Part shown: positions 49,299 through 64,000 of the stretch, in pieces | How positions within the stretch are numbered: position 1 is the first letter of the stretch | Layout of the letters: each line of letters opens with the position of its first letter | Assembly: GCA_044229145.1 (NCBI GenBank) | Contig: JBGATO010000008.1 | Coordinates: 17,218-81,217 of the forward strand | Direction: 5' to 3' | Source: Candidatus Eiseniibacteriota bacterium | GTDB taxonomy: Bacteria; Eisenbacteria; RBG-16-71-46; CAZEPH01 | Length of the DNA: 64,000 nucleotides | Notes under the pieces: generated by a model | Database searches by the model: none | The model's input: only the letters and a program-made list of their open reading frames with translations | What the model was told of the DNA's origin: nothing | Translations under genes and position numbers: made by a program

Positions 49299-52200
49299 AT
49301 GTACACCCATCCGGCCGGTGGACCCGGCCCGCGGACGATGTTGCGTTCCCTCCTCGTCCTCCTCGCATGTGTCCTGGCTGTCTGGTCGGCTCCCGCGCAC
49401 GCGTTCAGCGGCTACGGGGGCGTCACCACCGACACCACGTGGACCGGCACCGTGGTGCTCATCGGCGATGTCGTCGTCGAGCCGCAAGCCATCCTGCGCA
49501 TCGCGCCCGGCACCCGCGTCGTGTTCTCCGCCACCTCGAACGTCTTCAACGACCCGGCCGGTGAGACTGGGCCGATCAACGACCTCATCGTCAAAGGCAC
49601 CCTCAAGGCGCTTGGCGCCGCGAACGACTCGATCTATTTCGTCTCGAGCCGCGCCACTATCGTCGAGGGCGATTGGGGCGGCGTGCGCTTCGATTCGTCG
49701 GCCGTCGACACCGCGTGTGTCATCGACTACGCGGTGTTCCGCGGCGGCACCCGCGCGCTCTACTTCAACCGCTCCGGCGCCACCGTCACGCACGCCAGCC
49801 TCGACTACAGCTCGATCGCCGGCGTCGCCGGCGACAGTGTGGTCGCCGACTGCCATCTCTCCGAACTCGCGACGCACACCAACAAGCAGTATGGCGTCCA
49901 GATCACCAACTTCTACGGCTCGCTGCTCCGCTCACGGCTGACCGGCGCGCGGCTGGGCGAAGTGCAGCTCACCGGCGGCAACGGCCGCTTCGCCGAGAAC
50001 ACCATCCTCAACGACCGCTTCGCGCGCGGCGCCGGGCTCATCCTGAGCAACAGCCAAGCGGTGGTGGCGCGCGACTCGTTCATCAACAACGCGCTGGCGA
50101 TGACGACGCTCGGCAATGCGACACCGCGCGTCGACTCGTGCTACTTCTCCGGCAACGATATCGGTCTGCAGGCTGACGTCTCGGCGCCGTCCATCGGCTC
50201 GACGCGCTTCCTGAGCAATGGAGTCGCGCTCGATGTGTTGCAGGGCGGCGTGCCGGTGGTCGGCGACTCGCTCTCCGCCGCGTGCGACTTCATCGGCAAC
50301 GCGCTGGACATCCGCAACGTGAAGGGCAACGTCTCGTTCGTGCGCTGCCACTTCAACTACTGGGGCACCACCAACGAGGATTCGCTGTTCGCGCGCATGG
50401 TCAACGGCGTCGATCCCTCGCCGTGGACCGACGCGGCGCACCAGGCGCAGATCCGCGCGATGTCGTACGGCGTCTACACCTCCGGCGTGACGTGGTCCGG
50501 CACCGTGTTCGTGCGCGGCGACATCGTGGTGCCCGCCGGCTCGGCGCTCGCCATCCTGCCCGGTACGGTGGTGAAGTTCCAAAGCGGCTTCGCGACCTGG
50601 GACACGCTGAGCATCAACCCCGGACTGTGCGACATCGAGGTGTTCGGCACGCTCAGCGTCACCGGCTCGCTGAGCGACACCACGCAGATGGTGCGCTTCA
50701 CCTCCGACGCCGCGACGCCGGCGCCCGGCCAGTGGGGCTCGATCTACTTCGACCCGACCGGCGGCGGCACCATCGTCGGCGCGATCACCGAATACGGCAG
50801 CAATGGCTTCACGGTGTACGGTTCGCCGGTGATCAGCTACTCGACGATGCGCTTCCACTCGAAGCATGGGTGCTACATCAACGGCCTCTACGCGGCGACG
50901 CCATCCTTGCTGCGATGCACGGCGCAGTGGAATCCCACCGGCTACTACATGGAGCAGGGGCCCGGTTTCCCGACGTTGCAGTCGTGTGTGGCCGAGCACA
51001 ACAGCGGCGATGGGCTCTATGCGTTCTTCATGCCGCCGCAGATCACCTCGTGCCGCATGGAGGCGAACGCGGTCGGGATGCATCTGGTCCAGGCCGGCCC
51101 GACCGTGCTCGGTGACACTCTGCGCGCCAACACGCAGTACGGCCTGCTCGGCGAGAGCATCAGCCTGCCGGGCGCGACCTTGCAGTTCGGCTCGGCGACG
51201 CAACCGAACCTGCTGGTGGGCAACGGCCTGGCGGCGATCAAGAACGCCACCAACGAGGACATCATCCAAGCTGGCCTCAATTGCTGGGGCACCGACGACG
51301 AGGACGCCGTCGCCGCGCAGTGCATCGGCTCGGTGAACTACTCGCCGTGGTTCACCGCCGCCTGCACCGATACGGTGAGCGCGACCTCGTTCGGCGTGCT
51401 GCGATCGGATGCCACCTGGAGCGGCACACGTCCGGTGCGCGGTGACATCGTGGTGCCGGTCGGCTCGACGCTGTATATCGCCCCCGGGACCGAATTGCGC
51501 GCAGCCGCGTCGCGTAGCGCGTTCGATGATGGCGCCGGCGTCACGCAGCGTGTCGACCTCATCGTGCTCGGGCGGGTGGTGGTCGGGCAGCCGGGTGGGC
51601 AGCGCGTGGTGTTCACCACCGACGCGGCGGCACCGGTGGCAGGGCAGGCGGGCATGATTCGCCTGGTCAACGGCGCGGTGCCGGCGGACAGCCTGGTCGG
51701 CCTGACGATGCGTGGGTGGAGCGGCGTGCGCAGCGACGCCGGATCGCCGGTGCTCAGCGCGGACTCGCTAGCCGCGCCGGCGGCCGGCGGCACCACGTTG
51801 GCACTCGCCGGAGGCTTGCCGCTGGTCTCGTCGACCACGCTGGGGGCGCCGGCCGGGGGTGTCGGCTTGTCGCTCGTGAACACCAACGCGGTGGTCGGCG
51901 CGCTGACGGTGACGGGCAGTGGCAGCGCGGCTGGTGTGCGGGTCACGGGCGGCTCGCCGGTCCTCGACATGGTGACGGTGAGCGGCGCCGATACCGCGCT
52001 GGCGCTGGGCTGGTCGGCCGCCGGACTGGTGAACGGCGGCAGCTACACCGGGCAGCAGTGCGGTATCGCGGTGGCCGCGGGCGCGCCGGTGGTGCAGTCG
52101 GCGACCGTGTCAGCCGCGCGCACCGGCGTCTTGGCCGACATGAGCAGCGCCGCGTCGTTCCACTCTCTGCGGGCGACCGCGACCGCCGCCGGCGTGACGC

Positions 52201-53072
52201 TCGCCGATGTCCGCGGCGCATCCACGCCGCGCTTCGAGAACTGCGTGTTCGACAACGCCGGGCAAGGCGGCGCCGCGGTCGGCGTCTGGATGCACAGCGG
52301 CGGGCGCGCCGATCTCGGCGGCGGCATCGCCAGTAGCGCCGGGTTCAACGTGCTCAAGGGCTATGCGCCGGGCGCGCAGTCGGCGGTGGTCACCGACGCC
52401 AGCGTCCCCGGCCCGGTGTCCGCACAGCACTGCTTCTGGGGCGTCAGCGACACGCTGCTCATCCCGGCGCTCGTCGTCGACCAGTCGGACGACGGGAGCT
52501 TCCCGGCGGTCGTGTACTCACCGGTCCTTACCTACGATGTCGCCGCGCACGTGTGGTCGGCGCACGTGACGGCTTCGCGCGGCACCACCGTCACTCTGGC
52601 GATCCAGGGCGAACCCGGCGCGCGGGTCCACGTGGTGATCACCACGGCCGCGGGTGACGTCGTGCGGGAGGCCGACGCCGTGCTCGACGGCGGCGGTCGC
52701 GGCGAAGTGCCGCTCGCGCTGGCGGCCGGCGCCGCGTATCGCTACACGCTGCTCGATGCCGTCGCGGCGCGCGTTCTGGCGGAGGGTGCCGTGGAGTTGC
52801 CGGCGGAGGATGCGCCGCTGACCTGTGCGATTCGAGGCGGGGCGAGCGGTATGCCGCGGCTCGCCCTGCGCGTGCCGGCGGGTGTCTCGTGTGAGGTGGC
52901 AGTGTATCGTCTCGACGGCCGTCGCGTGGCGGCCGCCAGGTACGCCGGCGATGGTCGCGAGCACACCATCGACCTGCCGGCGTCCGGCGCAGGGCTTGCC
53001 GTGGGAGTGTATTGGGTGCACGCGTCCACCCCGGCCACGACTGTGACCCGCCGGGCCGTCGTGCTGCGGTAA
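49299..53072 (+). CDS. Secreted right-handed parallel beta-helix repeat protein with degenerate CTD
   Basis: Three repeated TWxGTV...GDIVV..G..L.I.PGT modules, WG.I.F motifs, a signal peptide and a YRLDGRRV...GVY tail. Confidence 0.8.
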   Translation: MYTHPAGGPGPRTMLRSLLVLLACVLAVWSAPAHAFSGYGGVTTDTTWTGTVVLIGDVVVEPQAILRIAPGTRVVFSATSNVFNDPAGETGPINDLIVKGTLKALGAANDSIYFVSSRATIVEGDWGGVRFDSSAVDTACVIDYAVFRGGTRALYFNRSGATVTHASLDYSSIAGVAGDSVVADCHLSELATHTNKQYGVQITNFYGSLLRSRLTGARLGEVQLTGGNGRFAENTILNDRFARGAGLILSNSQAVVARDSFINNALAMTTLGNATPRVDSCYFSGNDIGLQADVSAPSIGSTRFLSNGVALDVLQGGVPVVGDSLSAACDFIGNALDIRNVKGNVSFVRCHFNYWGTTNEDSLFARMVNGVDPSPWTDAAHQAQIRAMSYGVYTSGVTWSGTVFVRGDIVVPAGSALAILPGTVVKFQSGFATWDTLSINPGLCDIEVFGTLSVTGSLSDTTQMVRFTSDAATPAPGQWGSIYFDPTGGGTIVGAITEYGSNGFTVYGSPVISYSTMRFHSKHGCYINGLYAATPSLLRCTAQWNPTGYYMEQGPGFPTLQSCVAEHNSGDGLYAFFMPPQITSCRMEANAVGMHLVQAGPTVLGDTLRANTQYGLLGESISLPGATLQFGSATQPNLLVGNGLAAIKNATNEDIIQAGLNCWGTDDEDAVAAQCIGSVNYSPWFTAACTDTVSATSFGVLRSDATWSGTRPVRGDIVVPVGSTLYIAPGTELRAAASRSAFDDGAGVTQRVDLIVLGRVVVGQPGGQRVVFTTDAAAPVAGQAGMIRLVNGAVPADSLVGLTMRGWSGVRSDAGSPVLSADSLAAPAAGGTTLALAGGLPLVSSTTLGAPAGGVGLSLVNTNAVVGALTVTGSGSAAGVRVTGGSPVLDMVTVSGADTALALGWSAAGLVNGGSYTGQQCGIAVAAGAPVVQSATVSAARTGVLADMSSAASFHSLRATATAAGVTLADVRGASTPRFENCVFDNAGQGGAAVGVWMHSGGRADLGGGIASSAGFNVLKGYAPGAQSAVVTDASVPGPVSAQHCFWGVSDTLLIPALVVDQSDDGSFPAVVYSPVLTYDVAAHVWSAHVTASRGTTVTLAIQGEPGARVHVVITTAAGDVVREADAVLDGGGRGEVPLALAAGAAYRYTLLDAVAARVLAEGAVELPAEDAPLTCAIRGGASGMPRLALRVPAGVSCEVAVYRLDGRRVAAARYAGDGREHTIDLPASGAGLAVGVYWVHASTPATTVTRRAVVLR

Positions 53073-53086
53073 GTGAGGCGGCGCGG

Positions 53087-54034
53087 CTAACGCGCCGCTG
53101 CTGCGCCTGTTTCGACCTCCACACCCAACGCACGCCACTCACCGCGCTTGAGGCGCGCCGGCATCTGCAGGGCGAAGCGCTTCACCGCCGCGCGCGGCCA
53201 AATCCCGCGCTCGGTGACCACGCGTGAGATCAACCGCAGCGGGACTTCCTCGAACAGCCGTGCATCGGCGCGCACCGCGCGCCCGCCGCTGAGCAACGCC
53301 GCGTCGTCCGACTCGAAGCGAACGGGCACCAGCGCGCGCGGCAGGATCTTGGTGGTATCGGCCACGACCACGAGCGGCCGCCGGATCCGCGCCAGCGCGA
53401 GGGCGAGCGGATACGCGCCGACTTTTCCCACCACCGCGTCCTCGGCGAGCCGGTCGGCACCCACGAGGCCGGTTGCGCCGTCCGCCAGCAAGCCGGGCAA
53501 TGCCGCGTCGGGGACGACCTCGACGTCGAGGCCCGCCGCCGCCAACGCCGCGGCCTGTTCGACGCCTTCGCCGCGCGGCCGCGATTCCGCCGCGAGCACG
53601 CGTGGCCGGCGGCCGAGCTCGTGGGCTGCCCGCAGGGTCGCGGCCACCGCCGCGCTCGCCGACACGGTCGCCACCACGCCGTCCACCGGCAGGAGCGTCG
53701 CCGCCCGCGCCGCCAGGCGCTCCGGCGCATAGGCGAGCTGGCCTTCGACTGCGGCGAGGTAGCGGGCCAGCCGCGGCCCGCGCTGCCAGGGTTCGCTGCG
53801 CGCGACGAGCGCTCGGCAGACCGCGGCGATATGCGCCGGGGCACCGAAGGCGGGCCGCAACAGGGCGACGCGCTCGCTGAGTTCGCGCATGGTGCGGGCA
53901 CTGCCGTCCGGATCGGTGTCCCAGGGCAGTCCGCGTGCGGCACGGCGGAGCTCGTCGCAGAGATCGTGGGTGATGGCGGTAGCCCCGCGGGTCATGTCGT
54001 CGCGGAGGGCATCGAGGCGAGGGTGGGCGTCCAT
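53087..54034 (-). CDS. eIF-2B/MtnA/R15P isomerase family (IF-2B) protein
   Basis: RGAT, ESRPRGEG, VGAD, KVG.Y.LA, FEEVP and VTERG motifs. Confidence 0.8.
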   Translation of the reverse strand: MDAHPRLDALRDDMTRGATAITHDLCDELRRAARGLPWDTDPDGSARTMRELSERVALLRPAFGAPAHIAAVCRALVARSEPWQRGPRLARYLAAVEGQLAYAPERLAARAATLLPVDGVVATVSASAAVAATLRAAHELGRRPRVLAAESRPRGEGVEQAAALAAAGLDVEVVPDAALPGLLADGATGLVGADRLAEDAVVGKVGAYPLALALARIRRPLVVVADTTKILPRALVPVRFESDDAALLSGGRAVRADARLFEEVPLRLISRVVTERGIWPRAAVKRFALQMPARLKRGEWRALGVEVETGAAAAR

Positions 54035-54186
54035 GACCGCCACGCTACGTGGCGCCGTCGTGCCGCGCAAGCGCCGCGCGGGTCGTCGGTTGGCCCCTGA
54101 CGCCGGGGGCGCCGTGTGGTATCGTGCCGCGGTTTCGCAGCACAGAGCCCGGTGCTTCGCGCCCGCTCGAACCGGAGGACAGTCCC

Positions 54187-55722
54187 GTGAAGATTCAACT
54201 CAGTGAGAAGCCGTGGGCGGAGCTCGCGGCGGACGTGTTGGTGGTGGGCGCGTACAAGGACGGCGTCCTCGGCGCCGCGGCCGCGGAAGTGGACAAGGCT
54301 CTCGGTGGCCACATCAAGGCTGCCGCGAAGGACGAGATGAAGGGCGGCGTCGGGGAGACCGTGCTCGTGCACAGCCTCGGCATGATCAAGGCGAAGCGCG
54401 TCTTGGTCGTCGGCCTCGGCAAGAAGGACGCGGCGGGCGCCGGTGCGGCGCGTGACGCGATGGCCGTCGCCTCGCGCGTCGCGCACAAGCTGAAGGCCGA
54501 GAAGATCGCATCGACCGTATTGCTCGACCTGCCGCAGACCGCTGGCACGCACGCGCCGAACGCGCGCGCCGCGGCCGAAGGCGCGCAGCTCGGTCCGTAC
54601 TCCTACCTGCGCTACAAGACCGGCGAGAAGACCTTCGACGCCGACACCCTGACGTTCGCCACGGCCAAGGGCTCGGCCAAGGGCCTCGACCGGGAGATTG
54701 CGGTCGGCGCGACGCTCGCCGACGCCGCGATCTTCGCGCGCGACCTGGTCTCCGCGCCGGCGAACGACTGCACGCCGACCTATCTCGCCGAGCAGGCCAA
54801 GAAGTTCAAGGGCCTCGAGGTGAAGATCTTCGAGGAGAAGGACATCGAGCGGATGGGCATGGGCCTGTTGCTCGGCGTCAGCCGCGGCAGCGTGCAGCCG
54901 GCGAAGTTCATCCGAATCCTCTACCGCCCGGCGGGTGCTGCGAAGGACGCGCCGATCGAATACGCGTTCGTCGGCAAGGGCATCACGTTCGACACCGGCG
55001 GCATCAACCTCAAGCCGGCCGACGGCATCGCCAAGATGAAGTACGACATGTCGGGCGCGGCCGCGGTGCTCGCGGCGATGCGCTCGCTGCCGGCGCTCAA
55101 GCCGAACGTGTCGATTCTCGGCCTGGTGCCGTGCACCGAGAACATGCCGAGCGGCAGCGCCACCAAGCCGGGCGACATCCACGTCTCGATGGCCGGCAAG
55201 ACGGTCGAGATCGACAACACCGACGCCGAGGGCCGTCTGATCCTCGCCGACGCGCTGACCTACGGCGTGCGGCAGGGCGCGCAGAAGCTGGTGGATCTCG
55301 CGACGCTGACCGGCGCCTGCCTCATCGCGCTCGGCCGCGGCGCCGCCGGCCTCATGTCGAACAACCCGGCGTGGGCGGGCGAGGTGAAGGCCGCGTCCGA
55401 AGCCGCCGGCGAGCGTCTGTGGGAGCTCCCGCTCTACGAGGACTACCTGCAGCTCACGGTCTCCGACATCGCCGACCTCAAGAACACCGGCGGACGCGAC
55501 GGCGGCACCATCACCGCCGGCTTGTTCCTCCAGGAGTTCGTCGACGGCACGCCGTGGGTGCACCTCGACATCGCCCCGACGGCGTGGACGGACAAGGACC
55601 TGCCGACCGCGGTCAAGGGCGCGACCGGCTTCGGGGCCCGCACGCTGCTCAACATCGCCCTGGCGGCGTCGCCGAGCAGTGCGGGAAAGGCCGCGAAGAA
55701 GGGTAGCCGAAAGGCGAAGTAA
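54187..55722 (+). CDS. pepA: Leucyl aminopeptidase (M17)
   Basis: GKGITFDTGG, MKYDMSG, NTDAEGRL and HLDIA. GTG after GGAGGA. Confidence 0.95.
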   Translation: MKIQLSEKPWAELAADVLVVGAYKDGVLGAAAAEVDKALGGHIKAAAKDEMKGGVGETVLVHSLGMIKAKRVLVVGLGKKDAAGAGAARDAMAVASRVAHKLKAEKIASTVLLDLPQTAGTHAPNARAAAEGAQLGPYSYLRYKTGEKTFDADTLTFATAKGSAKGLDREIAVGATLADAAIFARDLVSAPANDCTPTYLAEQAKKFKGLEVKIFEEKDIERMGMGLLLGVSRGSVQPAKFIRILYRPAGAAKDAPIEYAFVGKGITFDTGGINLKPADGIAKMKYDMSGAAAVLAAMRSLPALKPNVSILGLVPCTENMPSGSATKPGDIHVSMAGKTVEIDNTDAEGRLILADALTYGVRQGAQKLVDLATLTGACLIALGRGAAGLMSNNPAWAGEVKAASEAAGERLWELPLYEDYLQLTVSDIADLKNTGGRDGGTITAGLFLQEFVDGTPWVHLDIAPTAWTDKDLPTAVKGATGFGARTLLNIALAASPSSAGKAAKKGSRKAK

Positions 55723-55863
55723 GGCGCGTGGCGGTGGCTGGCCATCCGGCCGGCGCCGACATCAAGGGGGACAGGGAACACTTCCCGCGGCGAGCACCAG
55801 GCGGGGACGGCGTTCCTCTCGGTCCTCCGAGTGCCCCGGGCGACAGCGCCCGTGCGGAGTACG

Positions 55864-55898
55864 GAGGCGGGGCGTGCCGGCATGGCATGCCCCGCCTC
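55864..55898. terminator. Strong hairpin between pepA and hemerythrin
   Basis: GAGGCGGGGCGTGCC/GGCATGCCCCGCCTC 15-bp stem with no U-tract. Confidence 0.4.
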
Positions 55899-55949
55899 GC
55901 CGTTCGCGGCGCACGGACCGAGATTCTCTTGTGCCGAAGGGGGTCGCGC

Positions 55950-56357
55950 ATGGCCGTGATGCAATGGACGTCGCAGTTCGCGCTGGGCATCAAGGAGATC
56001 GACGACCAGCACGCGCAGCTGGTGAAGATGATCAACGATCTCGACGACGCGATGAAGGAAGGCCGCGCCCGCGACATGATGGCGCGCCTGCTCAACTCGC
56101 TGGTGTCGTACTGCAAGATGCACTTCACCACCGAGGAACTCTACTTCAGCGAGTTCGAATTCGATGGCACGGCCTCGCACCGGAGCGAGCACATGGCCTT
56201 CATCGACAAGGTCGGCCAGTTCAAGCGCGCGTTCGACGGCGGCACGTCGGACATCTCGTCCGAGGTCATGGGCTTCCTGGCCGACTGGCTCAAGCACCAC
56301 ATCAACGGGAGCGATCGCGGCTACGTGAAGTGCTTCAAGGAGCATGGCCTGAAGTAG
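55950..56357 (+). CDS. Single-domain bacteriohemerythrin
   Basis: W...LGI.EIDDQH, HFTTEE, HRSEH and WL.HHI...D. Confidence 0.92.
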   Translation: MAVMQWTSQFALGIKEIDDQHAQLVKMINDLDDAMKEGRARDMMARLLNSLVSYCKMHFTTEELYFSEFEFDGTASHRSEHMAFIDKVGQFKRAFDGGTSDISSEVMGFLADWLKHHINGSDRGYVKCFKEHGLK

Positions 56358-56518
56358 GCCCTCAGCGCTCGCCCGGCGGCGAGCCGTGGTGGGCGGCAGA
56401 CCGCCGTGCGCTGCCAGCGCCCCGCACCCCTCCGGGGGAGCGGGGCGCTCGTGTTATACTGCGGCCCCGCGTGCCGCGACGGCGCGCTGCATTCAGGCCG
56501 GAGGAGAGAGCGGACCGC

Positions 56519-60288
<3,770 letters not shown>

Positions 60289-60292
<4 letters not shown>

Positions 60293-60813
60293 GGGACGAG
60301 CGGGTATCCTGCCTCGCGCGGCAGCCGGCCGTCCACGCGCAGCACCTTCACGCTGGCGGTGCCGGTGATCGCGCTCGCCGGCACCAGGGCGAGCACGCCG
60401 CGGCCCGATGCGGCGTAGGTCACCGCCTCGGCGTCGGTCGCCACCACTTTCGGCGCGAGGTCGATTTCGCCCCGGTACATCTTCTCCAGAACCAGCCGTC
60501 GCTGGTCGGCTTCGGTGCTGCGCAAGAAGCGCGTCAGCACGAAGCCGCGGGTCGGCGACCCCATGGCCGGCATGAGCAGCGCGATCGGCTCGCCAGGCTT
60601 CCAGTAGCGCTTGTCGAGACGCAGGACGCGGCGCAGTTCGGCACTGGTGATGCCGTCGGCATGCACCGAGGGACTAACGATGACGGCGATGCCGCCGTCC
60701 GCCGCGCGGGGACGCGCCGGGGCCGTCAGCAGGAGCGTTGCGGCGGCGAGGGCGCCGAGGCCTCTTGCCGAGAGCCGGCTAGAAGCTGAAAGCCGTTTGC
60801 GCGACGATCGCAT
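60289..60813 (-). CDS. Small periplasmic PBP/PstS-like protein; start uncertain
   Basis: Signal-like [17 protein letters not shown], and a [10 protein letters not shown]...GYPL end. Located between the porin and kinase genes. Confidence 0.65.
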
Positions 60814-61912
60814 CGGCGTCCTCCGTGGGGTGGTGGACGTGCTGGTATTCGAGCTTCACCGCGTTCGCCGGCGTGAGCGAGATGCGGAGTCCGGCGCTCA
60901 GCGTGGTGGCGTCGCTGTCGATGCCAGCGAAGTAGGCATCGCCGGGAGCGAAGTCGACGCGATCGATCATCAGGTAGGGCCGCAGCCGCGGGGTGACGTC
61001 CACCGAGGCCAGCGCGTAGCCGGCGTGGTGATCCGTGTGCGTGCCGCCGGCGCCCTGCAATTGGTGGTGCACGCGGAAGTACTCGCCGAGCAGGGTGAAT
61101 TTCTCGCCGAGCACGGCGGCGTGCACGCCGGCGATGGTCTCGTCGAGGCTGGCGGCGCGCGCCGCGTCGCCGGGGTCGGGAGGAATGACGTCCCGGTAGA
61201 TCATCGGGCCGGCGAGGACGCGCGTGCTGCCCTCGTGCGAGACGCTGAGTTTGAGCGCCACCGCCTTGCCGGGGCCGGCGTCGCCGTCGGCCTGCACGAG
61301 TTCGCGGTGCGGCCCGCGCCCGTTGGCCACGTTGCCGACGTACTGCACCCGCAGCGCGCCCGCCTCGATGGTGCCGCCGGCCTCGACGCCTACTGCGTGC
61401 ACCGGCAGCAAGCCGCCGTCATCCTCGAAGCGCAAGGCCACCGGGCGATCCGTCGTGGGCTGCAACAGTCGTCCGTGGTGAAACACTTCGTTCCAGTAGC
61501 CGAGGGCGGTGTGGACACGTCCCACCGACAGGTGAAACCGATCGTCTCGGGCATAGCGCACGAAGACACGTTCGACCTCGGCCTTGGACTCGCCGGTCTC
61601 ATCGCCCTCGAGCGCGATCTCCGACAGGAACGAAACGTTCGGCCCGAGGTGCGAGACGAGGAAGAAGTCGACCTGGCCGAGGGCGAAGGACGACGTGCGG
61701 TCGCGGGTTCCACCGTCGGGTTGGGTCTGGAGGAGCGAAAGGCTCACATCGGCGAAGCCGTGGAGCTGCAGTGCCGGAGCGGTTGGCATCATGCCGCCGT
61801 CGCAATCCATGGGCGGTGCCGCGTCGCCCTCGGCTCCGCGCGCGCTGGCAGCGGGCCACGCGAGCAGGATGGCGAGAACGCACGAGCGCGGCATCCAATC
61901 GAAGCGGACCAT
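60779..61912 (-). CDS. Outer-membrane beta-barrel/porin-like protein
   Basis: Signal peptide, amphipathic strands, GYWN..FHHG, KLEYQH and C-terminal AFSF. Confidence 0.75.
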   Translation of the reverse strand: MVRFDWMPRSCVLAILLAWPAASARGAEGDAAPPMDCDGGMMPTAPALQLHGFADVSLSLLQTQPDGGTRDRTSSFALGQVDFFLVSHLGPNVSFLSEIALEGDETGESKAEVERVFVRYARDDRFHLSVGRVHTALGYWNEVFHHGRLLQPTTDRPVALRFEDDGGLLPVHAVGVEAGGTIEAGALRVQYVGNVANGRGPHRELVQADGDAGPGKAVALKLSVSHEGSTRVLAGPMIYRDVIPPDPGDAARAASLDETIAGVHAAVLGEKFTLLGEYFRVHHQLQGAGGTHTDHHAGYALASVDVTPRLRPYLMIDRVDFAPGDAYFAGIDSDATTLSAGLRISLTPANAVKLEYQHVHHPTEDADAIVAQTAFSF

Positions 61913-62273
61913 GGGGAGTCCTTTCCACCGTGTCGGAAGTCGAGACGCTATCGAGGAGGCGGCGTGGCGCCGGCGGGCACGCCTGTCGATCAGGCGCCCG
62001 GAGAGGAACAGCGGGCCTGCGCGTGAAAGGTTGTCGGCGTGGCGCCCGCGTGACTGAACGGCGGAGTCGCGGGCGAAAAGGCTCCCAGCGTTCGTCACGT
62101 CTGCGGGCGCGGTGGGCGGATCACCCGCGTTTCATCCTGTATCGGTTACAATATGGAACTCATGGTTCACGATGAATCGGCCAAACCCGCATCCTGGCGG
62201 CTGCCATCATGCAGCGACATCATAAACGTTTAAAATATATAGACTTAAAGATTGGTTCCAATCTGTGCGTCTC

Positions 62274-62289
62274 TGGCACGACCCCTGCT
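62274..62289 (+). promoter_or_regulatory. Sigma54 (-24/-12) promoter upstream of dnaK
   Basis: TGGCACGACCCCTGCT has GG-N10-GC spacing and is preceded by an AT-rich tract. Confidence 0.7.
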
Positions 62290-62372
62290 GCTGAATTCTG
62301 CGGACACGTGTATCGTGGCTCGCAACGCGGATGCTCCGCGGCGGAGCCGGAAACGAGAAGGACGGAGAGATC

Positions 62373-64000
<1,628 letters not shown>

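Noticed and set aside
62156..62168. GAAC-TCATG-GTTC resembling a LexA (Cheo) box
   Set aside because: The spacer is 5 nt rather than 4, and there is no SOS gene context.

Overview
High-GC bacterial DNA from a diderm, since Tol-Pal is present. The many large secreted proteins with a FlgD-Ig/T9SS-CTD-like tail suggest an FCB-type lineage such as Ca. Eisenbacteria (inference). In order, the window holds: a partial large secreted protein; a membrane-arm-less complex I cluster (nuoB-C-D-F ... nuoG-I) interrupted by three paralogous di-iron acyl-ACP desaturases, an AhpD/CMD-like CxxC protein (CTG start) and an ArsS-like radical SAM; two convergent toxin-antitoxin pairs; lipA; a candidate structured RNA; a DUF2203-like gene; a Rieske ferredoxin; and a peroxiredoxin with an in-frame TGA at the catalytic Cys (probable selenoprotein, missed by the ORF track). 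These are followed by several big secreted proteins (two FG-GAP proteins, an S8 protease, a propeller protein, an HExxH protein, a beta-helix protein), cvpA, a methyltransferase, MgtC, an Asp-ligand ferredoxin, tolA-like/tolB/pal/cpoB, an eIF-2B-like gene, pepA, hemerythrin, a headless sigma54 activator, a porin/periplasmic protein/hybrid kinase module, and the 5' part of dnaK behind a sigma54-type promoter. All calls come from reading motifs by eye; no searches were run.
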